Below, piece by piece: positions 25,060-37,895 of a stretch of DNA of 64,000 nt (within the stretch, counting starts at the first letter, position 1; each line of letters begins with the position of its first letter). The position numbers were made by a program, and so were the translations under genes. The stretch comes from Octopus sinensis (Eukaryota): positions 105,276,001 to 105,340,000 of the forward strand of contig NC_042999.1 of NCBI RefSeq assembly GCF_006345805.1. The letters run 5' to 3'. A model generated the notes under the pieces. It had not been told where the DNA came from. It saw only the letters and a list, made by a program, of their open reading frames with translations, and ran no database searches.

Positions 25060-26163
25060 GATGTGAGAGGATGGTTAACAGATAGTTAATTTAGATAAGA
25101 TATAAAATAGAGAGTGAGTTGGAAGAAATAAAAGAAACTAGATGTGATATACATAGAGATATTGTATTTGTAGATCCATTTTCGTAGGAATAATGGTATA
25201 CATATAAGATTCCAATACCTTATGAGTAAAATCCAATAGTATTTAAAATTGGCCATTCCAAGTATACAGTTTATACACAGTGCTATTGAGTCAAAGGTTT
25301 TATATAAAGTAACCTAAAAATAGGAGTGTATTAGTAGGGTCAAATCGAAAACAGGAAGTGGGGAAAGAAGAAAGAGAAAAAGAAGAGAAATAAGAGCGAA
25401 TAAGGAGAAAAATGTAAGAAGAAAAGTAATAAAATAATAAAATAACAAAATAATATAACAAGAAAAAAAAAAAAAAACAGCAAGAGAGGAATAAAGGAAA
25501 AAAAAAGAAAAAAGAAAAGAGAAAAAGGAAAAATGATGGGAAAATATAAGGGAAAATGTACTAGTTAGTGGTCAGTGGAGATAATTTGAAAGTAGGAGTG
25601 GGGAGATAAAGGGTGGTAGAGAGAAAAGAGTATTAGAGTGTAAGAAGATGAAAGGAATGGAGAGGGGGTAATAAAAGGTAAAGGAGTGACAAATGTGTAA
25701 CGATGGAGTCTAAGTGATGGGGGCAGAGAGGGGGGTTTGTAGTAAATAATGAAGAATAAAGAATTAAGAAATATATTTGTAAAGATGTATACATATGTAT
25801 ATATTAGATATGTATTTATATTCATTAATGTCCACACATGCAACTCTTACTCGTCTGTATATGCACACATGCGCACCCACATATACATGCATCTGCATGT
25901 ATTATCGCCCCTGCATACGCAGGTATATACACCTTCCATACATACATACATTCACACATACACACATACATATACGCATACACACATTCATGTATACACA
26001 CGCACATATGGATGGATGCGTATACATACGAATATAATTAGATGGTTGTGATATTCGAGTATGAGTGAGGAATTAGATAGGGATTAGGAGTTAGAATGTA
26101 GATTTATAAAGTTATTGGGATTACCTAAGGGGTATTGTGGAAATGTACTGTATGGTCGTTTAA

Positions 26164-26383
26164 CCCTTTCATTACCAACCCGGCTGAAACTGGCTCTGGC
26201 TCTGAGTACAAATGTTTTGTTTTCATAAGTTTTGAATCAAAATCTTCCACCAAACCTTAGTCAGAATTTATGTTCCTAATATTACCTGAATGATAATTAA
26301 GTTATTTACCTAAATTCTTTGTTTAATTTAAAGTAATTGAAAGAAACACAGAGCATCTCAAAATAAATATAGTAACAAAAGGG
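26164..26383. mobile_element. piggyBac-type MITE (220 bp)
   Basis: TTAA-CCCTTTCATTAC ... GTAACAAAAGGG-TTGA. The TIRs match 10/12, and both mismatches are explained by decay of one CpG. Confidence 0.75.
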
Positions 26384-26924
26384 TTGAGCAGTTGGATTTG
26401 TGGTAAAATATGAATGTGTGAAAAAGCGGTGATTGCATGAGCTTAGTGCCTCATTATGTTCATTTAGCAGTGCTGGAGATCTGTGCTTTAAGGTGTGAAG
26501 TGCCTCCTTTAGGCAAAGTTTGCAGGTTGAGCATTGACCTCGGTAGAGAAGTCCTGAGTCCAGTGTGTACCATGATAGAGCATAGGGTATATTTGTATTT
26601 TTGAGATGAAGTATGTGGTTGGCGAGTGTTGTCGATTTACTATGTTTATCGTATGTAAAAGAATGGATGTGGGTGGCATATTGGTGCTTAAAATCTTTGG
26701 TTGATTCTATGTATATGGCTGTAGATTTGCGTAATAGATTAAGGACGTGCATTTGTAAATTACGTATGTCTATGTATGTATATAAGTGTATATATATGTA
26801 TACATGTTTATATATGTATATATGTGTATATATTTGTGTGTATATATATTTGTGTAAGTAACTATACGTGTATGTGTATATATATAGGTGTGTGTGTGTG
26901 TGTGTGTGCCACGTGTGTGTGTAA

Positions 26925-27055
26925 CCCAACCAGATGGATCTGGGTTCAGTCCCACTGCGTGGCACATTGGGCAGGTAGCTTCTAATATAGCCTTAGTCCG
27001 ACCAGGGCCATGTCAGTTGATTTGGTGGACGGAAACTGAAAGAAGTCTGTCCTAT
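26925..27055 (+). mobile_element. SINE family 1, 5' fragment
   Basis: GGGTTCAGTCCCACTGCGTGGCAC..GACGGAAACTGAAAGAAG, matching the copy at 60113-60550. Confidence 0.8.
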
Positions 27056-27130
27056 ATATATATATATAAATATATGTGTGTGTGTATGTGTGCGTGTGTG
27101 TGTGTATGCATGTTTATATATATATTTATA

Positions 27131-27161
<31 letters not shown>

Positions 27162-27164
27162 GAA

Positions 27165-29080
27165 AGAATGGAGTCGAACGACGAATTAACAAAATTCCAT
27201 TATTTTCGACATATGTTTCGAAGGCTGCATATTCCTAATTGCGAAGGAATAAGGAGTATATTATGCCGCTTTCTCATCAGGAAAAGCAAGGAACTTATGT
27301 CAACATCAAGATGCACTAAAAACATTTAGATGACTGCTCACACGGAGCCCATAGCGATAATGAGTGTCTCTTTAAAAAATTCCTTTATAAGGAGTGACGT
27401 CAAAATGGTTGGATGTAGAAAATTCTAGAAGGTTCTAAAGGTTCAAGGGTTCAAACGAAGTAGGAGAAGAGAGGCATAAGAATAGGAAGGTGAAAGTGTG
27501 CAGTTCAAATGAATGGTGAATTTTCTTTTGTGAATGAGTGTCTGTGTGTGTGACTCTGTATAACTGCATTAATGTGTGTGTGTGTATGTGTGTGCGTGAT
27601 TGTGTTTGTGGATGGGTGGATGTCAGAAAACAGACAGTGGTGAGGTGGAAGTTTATGTCTGTTTGTTTGATTGTGCTTACTATAGATAGAGGGAAAGAGA
27701 GAGAGAAAGAGAGAGAAAGAGGCGGGCGAGGTATAGGGACAAAGGTAACACATACCTCACTGGATTGGGTAATAGTTCTTTGAAAGTATAAAAATAATTT
27801 TTTGACTCTGGGGGTGAAATATATAAAAACAAAGAGTTATATTAATTAAAATTCAAGGGGTTAACTATATTAATCATTATTCATATGATTGAAATGTGTG
27901 TTTTTGCCAGTGTATGCATCTATATGACCTCTCGACGATTGTATTTATTAAAGGGACTTTGGCGAACAAAATATGAAAAAGTTCGGAATTACAGATGCCA
28001 CAATGTTTTCTGCCCTTGTCAAACGGGAAGGACACCGACAATATGGATCATTCCAGTTCGAAAGTTGTATTGCTGTCCTTCAGACGCCAAACTAATTTAC
28101 TTAGTCCCGTGCTGTGTTGTTTTCTCTTATCTCTGAATGTTGAATAATGGTTGGATATCCTTTGGGCTAATTTAGAAGAAGTTGCTCCAATGTAGAAGAA
28201 GACATCGGTTCCCGAAGAAATTTTGCACTGGTAAATGGTGTTTCTGATTTTGGAATTTTTGGATAGGAACTTTAATCTGTTGGGGTTAACATCCGATACT
28301 AAGACAGAGTTTTTTTTGTTATGATAGGTGTAAATATTGTTGCTAGCATTGACCACGATACTATTCATCTTATTATCATTACTATTAATTGTAATATCGT
28401 CGGCAATTTCTCTGACTATAGGAATGCTGGGACTGTTATCATCAATAATACAACTGTTATTAGAAATTTTATTATTATTACCACTAACACCACCACTGTT
28501 TATAATCCGGCTAATATTATTATCATTATTACTATTGTTAACGCCAGTGCTGGTATGAATGTTGCTAATATCAATACTGTTTATATTATTATATTATTAT
28601 TATTATTATTATATTATTATTATTATTATTATTATATGTTAGGTTGGAATTGGTAAGAGCAGTGTCGCTACTCCTGGGTGATGCGTCCTTATTTAGCAGC
28701 TTATTATTATGGGAGGCAATTATCTGCGATACGTTTCTAGTGTTGGAAAACGCAATCCTCACCTTATGCGAATTGATAGTAGAGTAATACCTAGAATTCC
28801 TGGGAAAGTTCCTAGCTACGGCTTCACGGAATTGTAAAGGGAGGTTAGACCTGATTTGTTTCCCGAAAGGAATAACAAACCAGATATAGTTTTTTTTGGA
28901 CTTAGAATAGCTCAGAGTGTTAACATTTACATTAAAGGGAGTATTTCTGTGTTGTAAAATTGGTGCTGGTTTTCGATTGCCTCCCCTGGTCCGTACATTA
29001 TTTTTGTTAATTATATTAGTGTCGACGTTGCTAGGGCTGAAATCATTAATTACATTATTTCCACACGAAAGCACGTAACT
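27165..29080 (-). mobile_element. Penelope-like element: RT thumb/linker and GIY-YIG remnant, 3' UTR and HHR
   Basis: KNYIWFVIPFGK, INSHKVRIAFS and IIASHNNKLL (28589-29074); NTIYQC, FYIGATS and STGLSKLVWRLK (28048-28368); frameshifted CGICNSELFHI and RCIHWQK (about 27895-28010). The linker contains an (AAT)n expansion. Confidence 0.88.
27203..27285 (-). ncRNA. Type I hammerhead ribozyme with intact core
   Basis: TTTTC-CTGATGA-[long stem II, GAAAGCGGCATA/TATGCAGCCTTC, 10 of 12 paired]-GAAACATATGT-C/GAAAA. Stem III is the palindrome ACATATGT; predicted GUC cleavage is between 27208 and 27207. Confidence 0.85.
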
Positions 29081-29165
29081 TCAAACGTGTCTTCCCTGAC
29101 GTGAATTTGCTACCCAGGTATCGGTTAACCGAATTATCCAGAATAAGATAATTCATTCTACTACT

Positions 29166-29241
<76 letters not shown>

Positions 29242-29298
29242 CATGAGCTTCTTTTATATATATTTATGAATTTTCATGTATTTATAAATTGTATATTT

Positions 29299-29503
29299 AT
29301 ATATTTATAATTTTTTAAGAAATTTTACCATGCCTCATATGTGAACGCATCTATGCATATTGTAGAGAAGGTCAATGAAATGGATTAAATGAATATGAAT
29401 ACCGGCCTCCGAAATTTTTCTTCATTGTCGACCTTCTCCACAATATACATAGAAGCGTTCACATATGAGACATGGTAAAAATTCATAAGAATTTATAAAT
29501 ATA
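29299..29503. mobile_element. Foldback/MITE-like element with about 85-bp imperfect inverted arms
   Basis: TTTTACCATGCCTCATATGTGAACGCATCTATG is mirrored by CATAGAAGCGTTCACATATGAGACATGGTAAAA; short spacer. Confidence 0.75.
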
Positions 29504-29689
29504 TCAACTAGAAATTCACACACACGCCCCCATACAAAAACTAGACTCATTGCTAACTCTGAACAACATAAAACATAACACTGAGCTCTTAGAATAATGC
29601 AAATATCAAACTAAATATACCGCTAGATTCTTGTTAAATGTACGTGGCATCAATCCATAACTGATTACCCAAAAATGGATGATCCCACA

Positions 29690-30600
29690 CATAGAGAGTG
29701 GGCTTGCCGAAACGGCACATTGCTCCCATTTCTTTATCCTTACCGAAACTCACCGAAATAGCACACATATGGATGCCGAGGGGAAAATAAAAGATTTCAC
29801 TGTCATCCGTGTAGATAGCACAGACTGAAATAAAGGGTGGGAGGCAGCCATATTTATCCACGACTACTTTTCAGTTGATGCCAAGGACATATTTTCCAAT
29901 GGCTGTTGTGAATCTATATTACTATTCAACAAGGCTAAAGACATAATTATTATTAGTCTTTACAGTCCTCCCCAAGCACCTCTAAAGTACTTTGAAGACT
30001 GTCTCAACAAAATCAAGTCCTTCATTCAAGAATGCAACTCCAGGAACATACTAGTGTTGGGTGATTTTAACCACCTTCATATCAATAAATTACTCTGAAT
30101 TTAGGCAAATACTCTACATCAAATAAAGCAGCAGCAGAATTACTGCTTAATCTAAGGATAAAATTTTCCTGACTCAGCTAGTACTCGAACCAATAATACA
30201 AAATAAAACGATCTTGGATCTAATGTTATCCAACTACTCTAGTTCCGTCCACAGTTGAAAAAACTCTACTCTCAGGCTACATGATAGTCTGGAATTTTAA
30301 TTTCCGGCATATGAAAACCAAACCATTCAATCTCACTCCACTGCACTTATTTGACAACATAAACTTCCATAAAGCGGACTGGGGATTAATCATAAAGTAT
30401 ATGTACTTCATCGACTGGTTCTTCACTCACATTGAGACTGCACGGCAATACATTGAGAACATTGTCACCTATACATGCTCCTACATCAAAACAAGCTCCT
30501 ACGAAACTAACTAACACAAACACAAACCGGCTCCATAGAAAGGAAAAACACTCATCACACGCATCATAAACTCAATGAAAAACATCAACCAATTAAAACA
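29690..30600 (+). mobile_element. Highly degenerate CR1-like APE endonuclease fragment
   Basis: Manual translation gives TETH, DAEGKIKDFTVIR, IISLYSPP, FEDCLNKIK, VLGDFNH, ILDLML and NINFHKADW, the last matching NLNFHKANW in the intact LINE. Confidence 0.8.
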
Positions 30601-30608
30601 CTTTATTT

Positions 30609-30880
30609 ACAGTATTTACACTCGATGGATATTTGTCCTCATCTTGTTTGTTAACACAACGTTTCGGCTGATATACCCTCCAGCCTTCCTCAGGTGTCTC
30701 ATTCCTAAGGTATTTGTCGACGTTATTATTATTATTAATATATTATTCAGGTCACTGCCTGGAATCGAAATCGGGATATTGGGACTAGTAGCCCGCGCTC
30801 TTAACCACTACGCCATATGCCAGTGGCCAATTACGCAGTGAATTTTAGTGCTTATAAATCTAATATTCTCCTATCCCTCA
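30609..30880 (-). mobile_element. tRNA-headed SINE-like element containing a hammerhead ribozyme
   Basis: Head about 30822-30749 with A box TGGCGTAGTGGTTAAG and B-box-like ATTTCGATTCC, then an (AAT)-rich linker, then the HHR. A second copy lies at 49270-49552. Confidence 0.75.
30654..30697 (-). ncRNA. Minimal hammerhead ribozyme (palindromic, loop-less stem III)
   Basis: ACAC-CTGAGGA-A GGCTG gagggtatat CAGCC-GAAACGT-T/GTGT. Stem III is only the palindrome ACGT, so it can fold only as a dimer. Confidence 0.7.
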
Positions 30881-31094
30881 TTAATACCGGTTCCCATATG
30901 CTGTTCATATTGCACTCCGTCTGCTTAGGAGGTTGTTTTCTCCTAGCATATATTCTACTTGTTTTAGATTTCGTATTTTCCAGTGGTTATTACAGTCTAT
31001 TATTTTAACTTCATCCCACAGGGGAAGATGGTCTCCATTTTTCTATACATGATCAGCTATACCCGATTTATCAATATCTTCCCGTGTCACAGCT

Positions 31095-31171
<77 letters not shown>

Positions 31172-31276
31172 TATATATATATGTATATAATTATATATGT
31201 ATATATATATATATATAATATATATATATATATTTATATATGGATATATATGTATATATATATACATATATTTGTA

Positions 31277-31320
<44 letters not shown>

Positions 31321-31347
31321 ATATAATATATATATATATTATATATA

Positions 31348-31407
<60 letters not shown>

Positions 31408-31678
31408 CCAACAAAAACCATGTGAGTGAATTTCGTACGCGGAAAGTGAAAGAAGACTGTATATACGTTATATTTGTGTGTGTATGTATGTGTCTGTTTT
31501 CCCACCATTGCCTGACAGCCGATGTTGCTGTGTGTAACTTAGCAGTTCGGTTAAAGACACTGATAGTATAAATATTAGGCTTACAAAGAATAAAATCTGT
31601 GGGCGATTTGTTCGAGGAAATTTGGTGTGCTCCACCATGGCCGCAGTCACATGACTGAAACAATTAAAACAATAAAAA
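31408..31678 (+). mobile_element. SINE family 1, headless diverged copy
   Basis: Body and tail CATGGCCGCAGTCACATGACTGAAACA match the copies at 59165-59512 and 60113-60550. Confidence 0.8.
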
Positions 31679-32425
31679 ATCTATTCCATTTTAATCCCAG
31701 AGTATCTCTGCTGGTATATTATAAAGACAAAGAAATAAGATACCAAATTAGAAACGAGTTGATATAGATTGAGTAGATTCACGGTGATAACGTGTCAAAT
31801 TAGACAGCTTGCTTCACACACACCCAGACACATATCCATATCAAATAAAGTTACTTGTTGTCTGGAGAATTGAGTTGGCTCACGTGTATCAGAAATTCTT
31901 TTGTCTTTCAAGAAAACCGAGTATCACAATTGTGTTGAATGTCTACTGGGAGTTGTTTCCAATGTTTTTGAAAATGGTTGAATTATTTGCAATATTTCAG
32001 CTTCTCAATCTATATTTCCAGTAGAGTCAACGTTTGTTAAACTGCAGTTATTTACCATGTAAAATTCTGAAACACTACTTGTATATACTACATTATTGAA
32101 AGTTAAATTTAGAGGATAATGTCCGATAGCATCAGCAAAAAGGAGGGATGAGAAAGAAGTAGATAAGTAGATAAAGAGAACAATAGGATAGAAAAAAAAA
32201 GAGAATTACGAAATAACAGTAATAAAAAGCAAGTGTGATATATGGGTAAATATCGCATTCCACTTCAACCTAAAATTCGCAATTATCATGTAATTTTAGT
32301 AGTAGCTTGACAATTAGAGCTGCTGTCAGGGTTTTAATGTCTAAGTCATTGTATTGTACAGTGTGTGCATGTATGCATAGATATAAAAAGAGTAACTTAA
32401 GTCACACACACACACACACACACAT

Positions 32426-32457
<32 letters not shown>

Positions 32458-33249
32458 GTGCGTGCGCGTGTGTGTGCGTTAGTGTCTATATCTATCCATA
32501 TGTATGTATGCATATATATATGTTTGTGTGTGTGTGTTTGCTTCCATATGTGATATATGTGAGGTGTTTATATGTGTGGTGTTTATTTTTGTGTATTTAA
32601 ACTTGTGTAACACACATGCACTAGGGAAGTGTTTCTACATCTAAATTCGAAATAATTTCTCAAAATCATTTTAGTCATTAAAAAAACACCAAAACTGTTA
32701 CGTTCTCTTTCGTTTATTTTCCAGTTGTATTCAATAGATTTAAGACATTTCGTAAAAGTTACTGTAGCAACTTTTAAGTGTTCTTTAATGACTGAAAATT
32801 TCTCTTCCGTTATAATTATTTGTAAATTACAAGCTCGAAATAATGAACATAGAAAATAATTTAGAGCCCACAGTTGTGTGAACGTAGCTAAGAATGTCGG
32901 CTAAATTTCTAGTCGCCAATACGTAAGGTTGATTCGCGATTTATGGAAAATATTCGTCCCTTCCAGAAAAAGAAAACAAATGCCTAGGGAATGAAACCAA
33001 AATTCAAGAATGGGTTGGAACTGAATACTAATGGAAATAAGAAAATTTCAAAATATTCCATTTACTACATCTCATAACCACATCCCATAACTACAATGGA
33101 AAGAGAACTACATAGGTCAAACAGGCGCTAAATAATACAGTAGTATTATTTTCCAGCTAAATAGAGCACCGTGAAGGTAGAATTATAAATAGGAAATATT
33201 GAATTGAAAATAATACTACTGTATTGTAATAACATTTATAATATATATA

Positions 33250-33308
<59 letters not shown>

Positions 33309-36118
33309 GTGTGTGTAAATACAATACCAAATAAAGTAGTCGGAGAGCTTCTTACAATAAGACAATTAAAAGATGAAACAACACGTTCATCTTCTCACTT
33401 TAATATTTTTCAGAAGGTTGACCTTGGTAAGTGATCTCTTTACTGTTTCTTTATTACATTAGTTTTTATGTCTTGTAATTTGTTAGGTGGTGGAATCTAT
33501 TTCGGATGACATATCAGGAAATGTTTGCCAGTCGGCCAATAATCTGAAAAACTCTATGTTTATAATATTTCTCACTGTCGCTGCTTTAGAATATTTGAGA
33601 ACATCATTAATATTAACGACCAGATTCTGTTTACTCTAAATATGTATCAATATCTGATATCAAATAATTTTGAACAGGTTTCAGACATAATTCCTTTCTA
33701 AATTATTAATTACTACGTTGAATACTTTATTGGAAATTTCATTGGAATAACAATTTTGAAAATTTGACAAATAAATAATGGTTATTGGGAGAGTAATTTC
33801 ATTTTCTATGATATTCTATTGATTACTTCTCTGTGGCATCAATATTTCTCTTATGTAATAGTATTCTTAATCGACATTCTGTATTTACATTCATGAATGC
33901 ACAAATATTTATACGCTCAAATACTCGCATGTTTTTTTTTATCACTGATCTTCAGAATTTCATAGCAACTCAAGACATTTAGCCATGCAATGATAACAAT
34001 ATATAGTACATAATTTAGTTTTGGCTAAAATATTCTAGATATATTACATTGTATTACATTCTGTCATCTGATGTTAATAAGAAAAAAACATCGATAACAA
34101 TATATAATAATTGCTCTGTCTTTATTCTGCATCTTCAAAGAAGACAAAATGGAACATTGCCCAGTTAAGGAACCTTTGCTGTTATCGTGACCTGGTAGAA
34201 ATAATAAATATATATCCTTCAAAACACATCCTACCATTTGAAAAAATAAATATACATCCAGTTGCAGTGAGGTTGTGCAAATTTAAACATAGAGAATATA
34301 TTGACCATGGATAATGTGCAATGATGAGGATAAAACAGCTTAGCTTCTGGTGACATCTATCTTGAGTAATATCATAGTCAAAATATATAAATAAAATTTG
34401 TTTAGATAATTTCCTACTCAGTTTGTTAAATGTAACGCCGTTCGTTACATGTTTCTCACGGATAGATCAATGTTTCAACGCATTTAAGAAGCAGAGTGAG
34501 AAATTAGTGCGTACTATAAAAATATAAAAGAATATCGTGCGCAATGCAGTGGGGTTTCAAATGTCTCGTTAAGGTCCAATTCCTTAGGTGATTCTACTGA
34601 ATATTACTCTCACAGACGAACATAGAGATACACATTTATACATTCATATATATTTATACCCACACACACACATATTATATATATGTATGTGTTCTATGTA
34701 TATATGAGATTAACTTACGTTATTTAATACTTGTGAAACCTATGCTTTTGAAAGTAAGCGGGTGAAGACATTATTACTCTGTTTTATTTTTGGTTTATTT
34801 ATATTTATTTAATTCCACGGGTAGTCATTTGAAACTGAAGAACAACTAATGTTAATTGGCAATTTCAATATTCAATCTTTTGGATTGCATTTTGTACAGA
34901 TTTGGTTGGGATTGCTTTTTAGCAAATTTAAGTACACAGGAACACCGCTATCGTTGTTTCTGTTGTGACATTTCGTTTTCGTTTTTTTATGTTCATTTCT
35001 TTGATAGTTAATTACACAACGTTCTAACTGAATGCTATGTAGAATTAATTATTTACATTTCGTAGAATATTTTCAGCATTAAATTTTAGACTTTCAAATG
35101 TCACGAAAATCGATTTCTCTTAAAATTGATGTTTAATATATCAAATAAATTTCAACATGGAAATAGTTCAACTGAATCTGTGACACACTTAAATAGACGA
35201 AGCATTTATTAAGACAATTAAATACTCTGATCTACAGATATATATATATATATATATATTTGTGTGTGTGTGTATGTATGCTTGCGTATGTGTGTATGTA
35301 TGTATGCTTGCGTGTGTGCGTATGTAACGAAGGTGCGTGATAATGTTTGAACACAAATTTCGTATTCATGTCAAATTATGACCAGTGATCAATTTTTTTT
35401 ATTGTTAGGAGTATTAAAATACTGTTTAAAATGTGTCACCACTCAAACATTTCCAGTGTAAGCATTTATATATATAATCCATAATATAAACCACAACCAA
35501 TATGTATATATAAATGAATATAAAAAATAGAAGTTCCATTAGCTTCCTCTAATAATATGAAAACTTTGTGATATTTTTAAGACTTAATTTTGCTTTGTGT
35601 GAACCACAATATTAAATCAACAGCCTTGTTGATATACAACTGATTGTAATGGATTCAATGAGAAGTCAGTTGTACAGTGTATCACATATTTTTTATTTCT
35701 GGTGTATTTAAAATTCTTTTTTGTTTACAATTGACAATTGTATCTTAAATGATGTTATATTTTGCGCTATAAACATGTACCTTTTCTGGAGCAATTAATG
35801 CAAGAGATAAGCGTTCTGTGCGGCACGAAAACTTGAAAACTTGTTAATACTATCATCTTAAGAATTAGAGTTAATTGGAGGTAGAGAGGTAGTTAGCCAA
35901 TTTCTGTACACCTAAATGAATACATATGTTAAAATCATCTTTTTCGTTATTGTACTTGTGGTCAGTCTTAAGCTTGTTGTTAGCCTTTATTCGAAAAATT
36001 TATATCAGCTTCAAAATCCACTGTTACATGCATTAACTTTTCTACGTTATGGAAAACAGATATCTGTGCTAATACTTCTATATATATCAAAATGATAAGG
36101 GATCATAATATTAAGAAT

Positions 36119-36480
36119 TACAACGTGCAGTCCAGAAGGTTGCAGGCATTTTCAGGAGCGATAACTTTAATGTTGAAGTAGTATCAAATTCTAATCTCTT
36201 TCACTGGAAGATCCTCTGATTTGGATGTTCTTGCTGTAGCCTTCAATCACTTTGTGAAGGTCTTACGGTAGTCCTACAAACTGAAGGTTTCCAGGACCCT
36301 TGTCACAGCCGCGTATATATTTTCAAAATGACTATCCTTCATGTTCAGCTTGGGAAACAACCAAAAGTCACAGGAAATAAAATCTGGGTAGTAGAACCAT
36401 TGAGGAACAGTTTCGATGCTCGTTTCTGTCAGAAAGATGTAGTTAGTTATCAGAATGTTCGTAACTGAGGACCCCGATAA
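36119..36480 (-). mobile_element. Mariner transposase C-terminal remnant with terminal repeat
   Basis: TVPQWFYYPDFISCDFWLFPKL..AAVTRVLETF resembles the PPYSPDLAPCDFWLFPKLK motif; a TA plus TIR-like end lies at about 36119-36150. Confidence 0.75.
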
Positions 36481-36699
36481 CAATCTCTTTTCTCATAGAA
36501 CACATTAACCACTATATTAATAAGTCCAAATGTTGTGATCTTTGCCTATCGAAGAAATGTGACAGCCAAATACGCCCTTTCGAGTCTCAACAAAATATTG
36601 GAATTTGGGAATTCTTCCAAACACAGACATTCATATTTATTGAGATATGTCTAAAAAGAAATCGGCGAAAATATTTTATTCATTATATAGCAGATACTT

Positions 36700-37470
36700 G
36701 TCCAGGGCATCGGAATGTCCACAGATGGTGGATAGAGGAACAGCTTCAAGATATGGAGGTTAGCTACGAATAGGCAAATAAGCAGCCGCGGACCATAGAT
36801 GCCAAGCCGGCAGAAGTGGCTGGAAGTGATACTCACCACACTCACTTCCTATATTGGGTCTGTGGTTGGTTAGGCTCGCTACATAAAAACTGAAACCTCT
36901 CGTGGTACCCATGCCCTGTGGTTCGAAAGGATGCAAGGCTACAGAAGCACACATCAAACGAAAAAGCAACCAATGGCTTACTTGCCTAGCCAGCGGAGTG
37001 GCATCAATTTACGGCTAAAACAGCATCAGGAAATGGGCTTCACTACCCTGCTCATCAATCGTACCACTCACTGCGGCGGCGTGTAATCCGAGCGACGAGA
37101 GGCTACTGAGAATCAAAGGCTGCTAGAAGCCGCCAAGGAAACTGACAAAACTTGCAATATACACCTACAACTACAGGACTTTGGCAAGCAGGACCGGCTT
37201 GGACCACTTGATAGAGGAAAGAGAGATAACCAATTGCAGCAGGCTCGAGCTTTGCAAGACACGTCAACAAAAATGGTCGAACGGAAACGTCTTGAGACTG
37301 TAGATCCCAGCTGGTGTACGTTTGCTGATCAGCAAGGAATTGGCTGAGATCATATCTTGCCACTTAATTATTTCTACACGAATAGGTATGCTGGATGTCC
37401 AAATCTCGAAGAAAGCGACATTGAAGATCATTCAGACGTATGCTTCTACTAGTGCAAGGTTGTAAATGAT
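36700..37470 (+). mobile_element. Degenerate RTE LINE 5' fragment (5' UTR and N-terminal APE)
   Basis: Manual translation from about 37140: IYTYNYRTLAS..LCKTR..GVRLLISKEL..STRIGML..IIQTYASTS. The 5' boundary is approximate. Confidence 0.7.
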
Positions 37471-37704
37471 AAAATAATTTTATAAAAAGCATTTCAGTAC
37501 CGGTTTCACTCATTGAGACTTTCAACTCTAAGTATGGAAAACAATTAAATTTTGGAAAAATTAAATGAACAGTACTTTAAAAGAATAATTGCATAGCATT
37601 TAAATAGAAGCGGCATTTTCTTTGTTTCTGCCTGTCTCTGTCTCTCTTTTGTACTCTCGTGATTTCGAGGTCGTTGTGAATTATTGGTAGGGAAGAAGAA
37701 GAAT

Positions 37705-37708
37705 AATC

Positions 37709-37757
<49 letters not shown>

Positions 37758-37895
37758 TAATAAAAAGAGAAGAAGAAGACGAAGAAGAAGAAGAAGAAGA
37801 AGAAGAAGAAGAAGAAGAAGAAGAAGAAGAAGAAGAAGAAGAAGAAGAAGAAGAAGAAGAAGAAGAAGAAGAAGAAGAAGAAGAAGAAGAAGAAG
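37705..37895. repeat. (AAT)n followed by an uninterrupted (GAA)n of about 38 units
   Basis: Directly visible; pure GAA runs from 37781 to 37895. Confidence 0.97.

Larger units (their letters stand above)
24945..26790 (-). mobile_element. Penelope-like element 3' fragment: GIY-YIG endonuclease remnant, long 3' UTR and degenerate HHR
   Basis: IYIESTKDFK, STTLANHI, CKLCLKEALH and SSCNH (about 26390-26720) match PLE GIY-YIG C-termini; interrupted by the MITE at 26164-26383. Confidence 0.8.

Noticed and set aside
30749-30822. tRNA-like sequence (also about 49425-49500 and the SINE heads)
   Set aside because: The acceptor stem does not pair and the sequence is embedded in a repeat, so it is a SINE head rather than a tRNA gene.
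33405-33700. Possible micro-exon (ttttcag/AAGGTTGACCTTG/gtaagt) and a following exon-like segment
   Set aside because: The splice signals are plausible but no frame gives a recognisable protein; this could be chance in AT-rich DNA.
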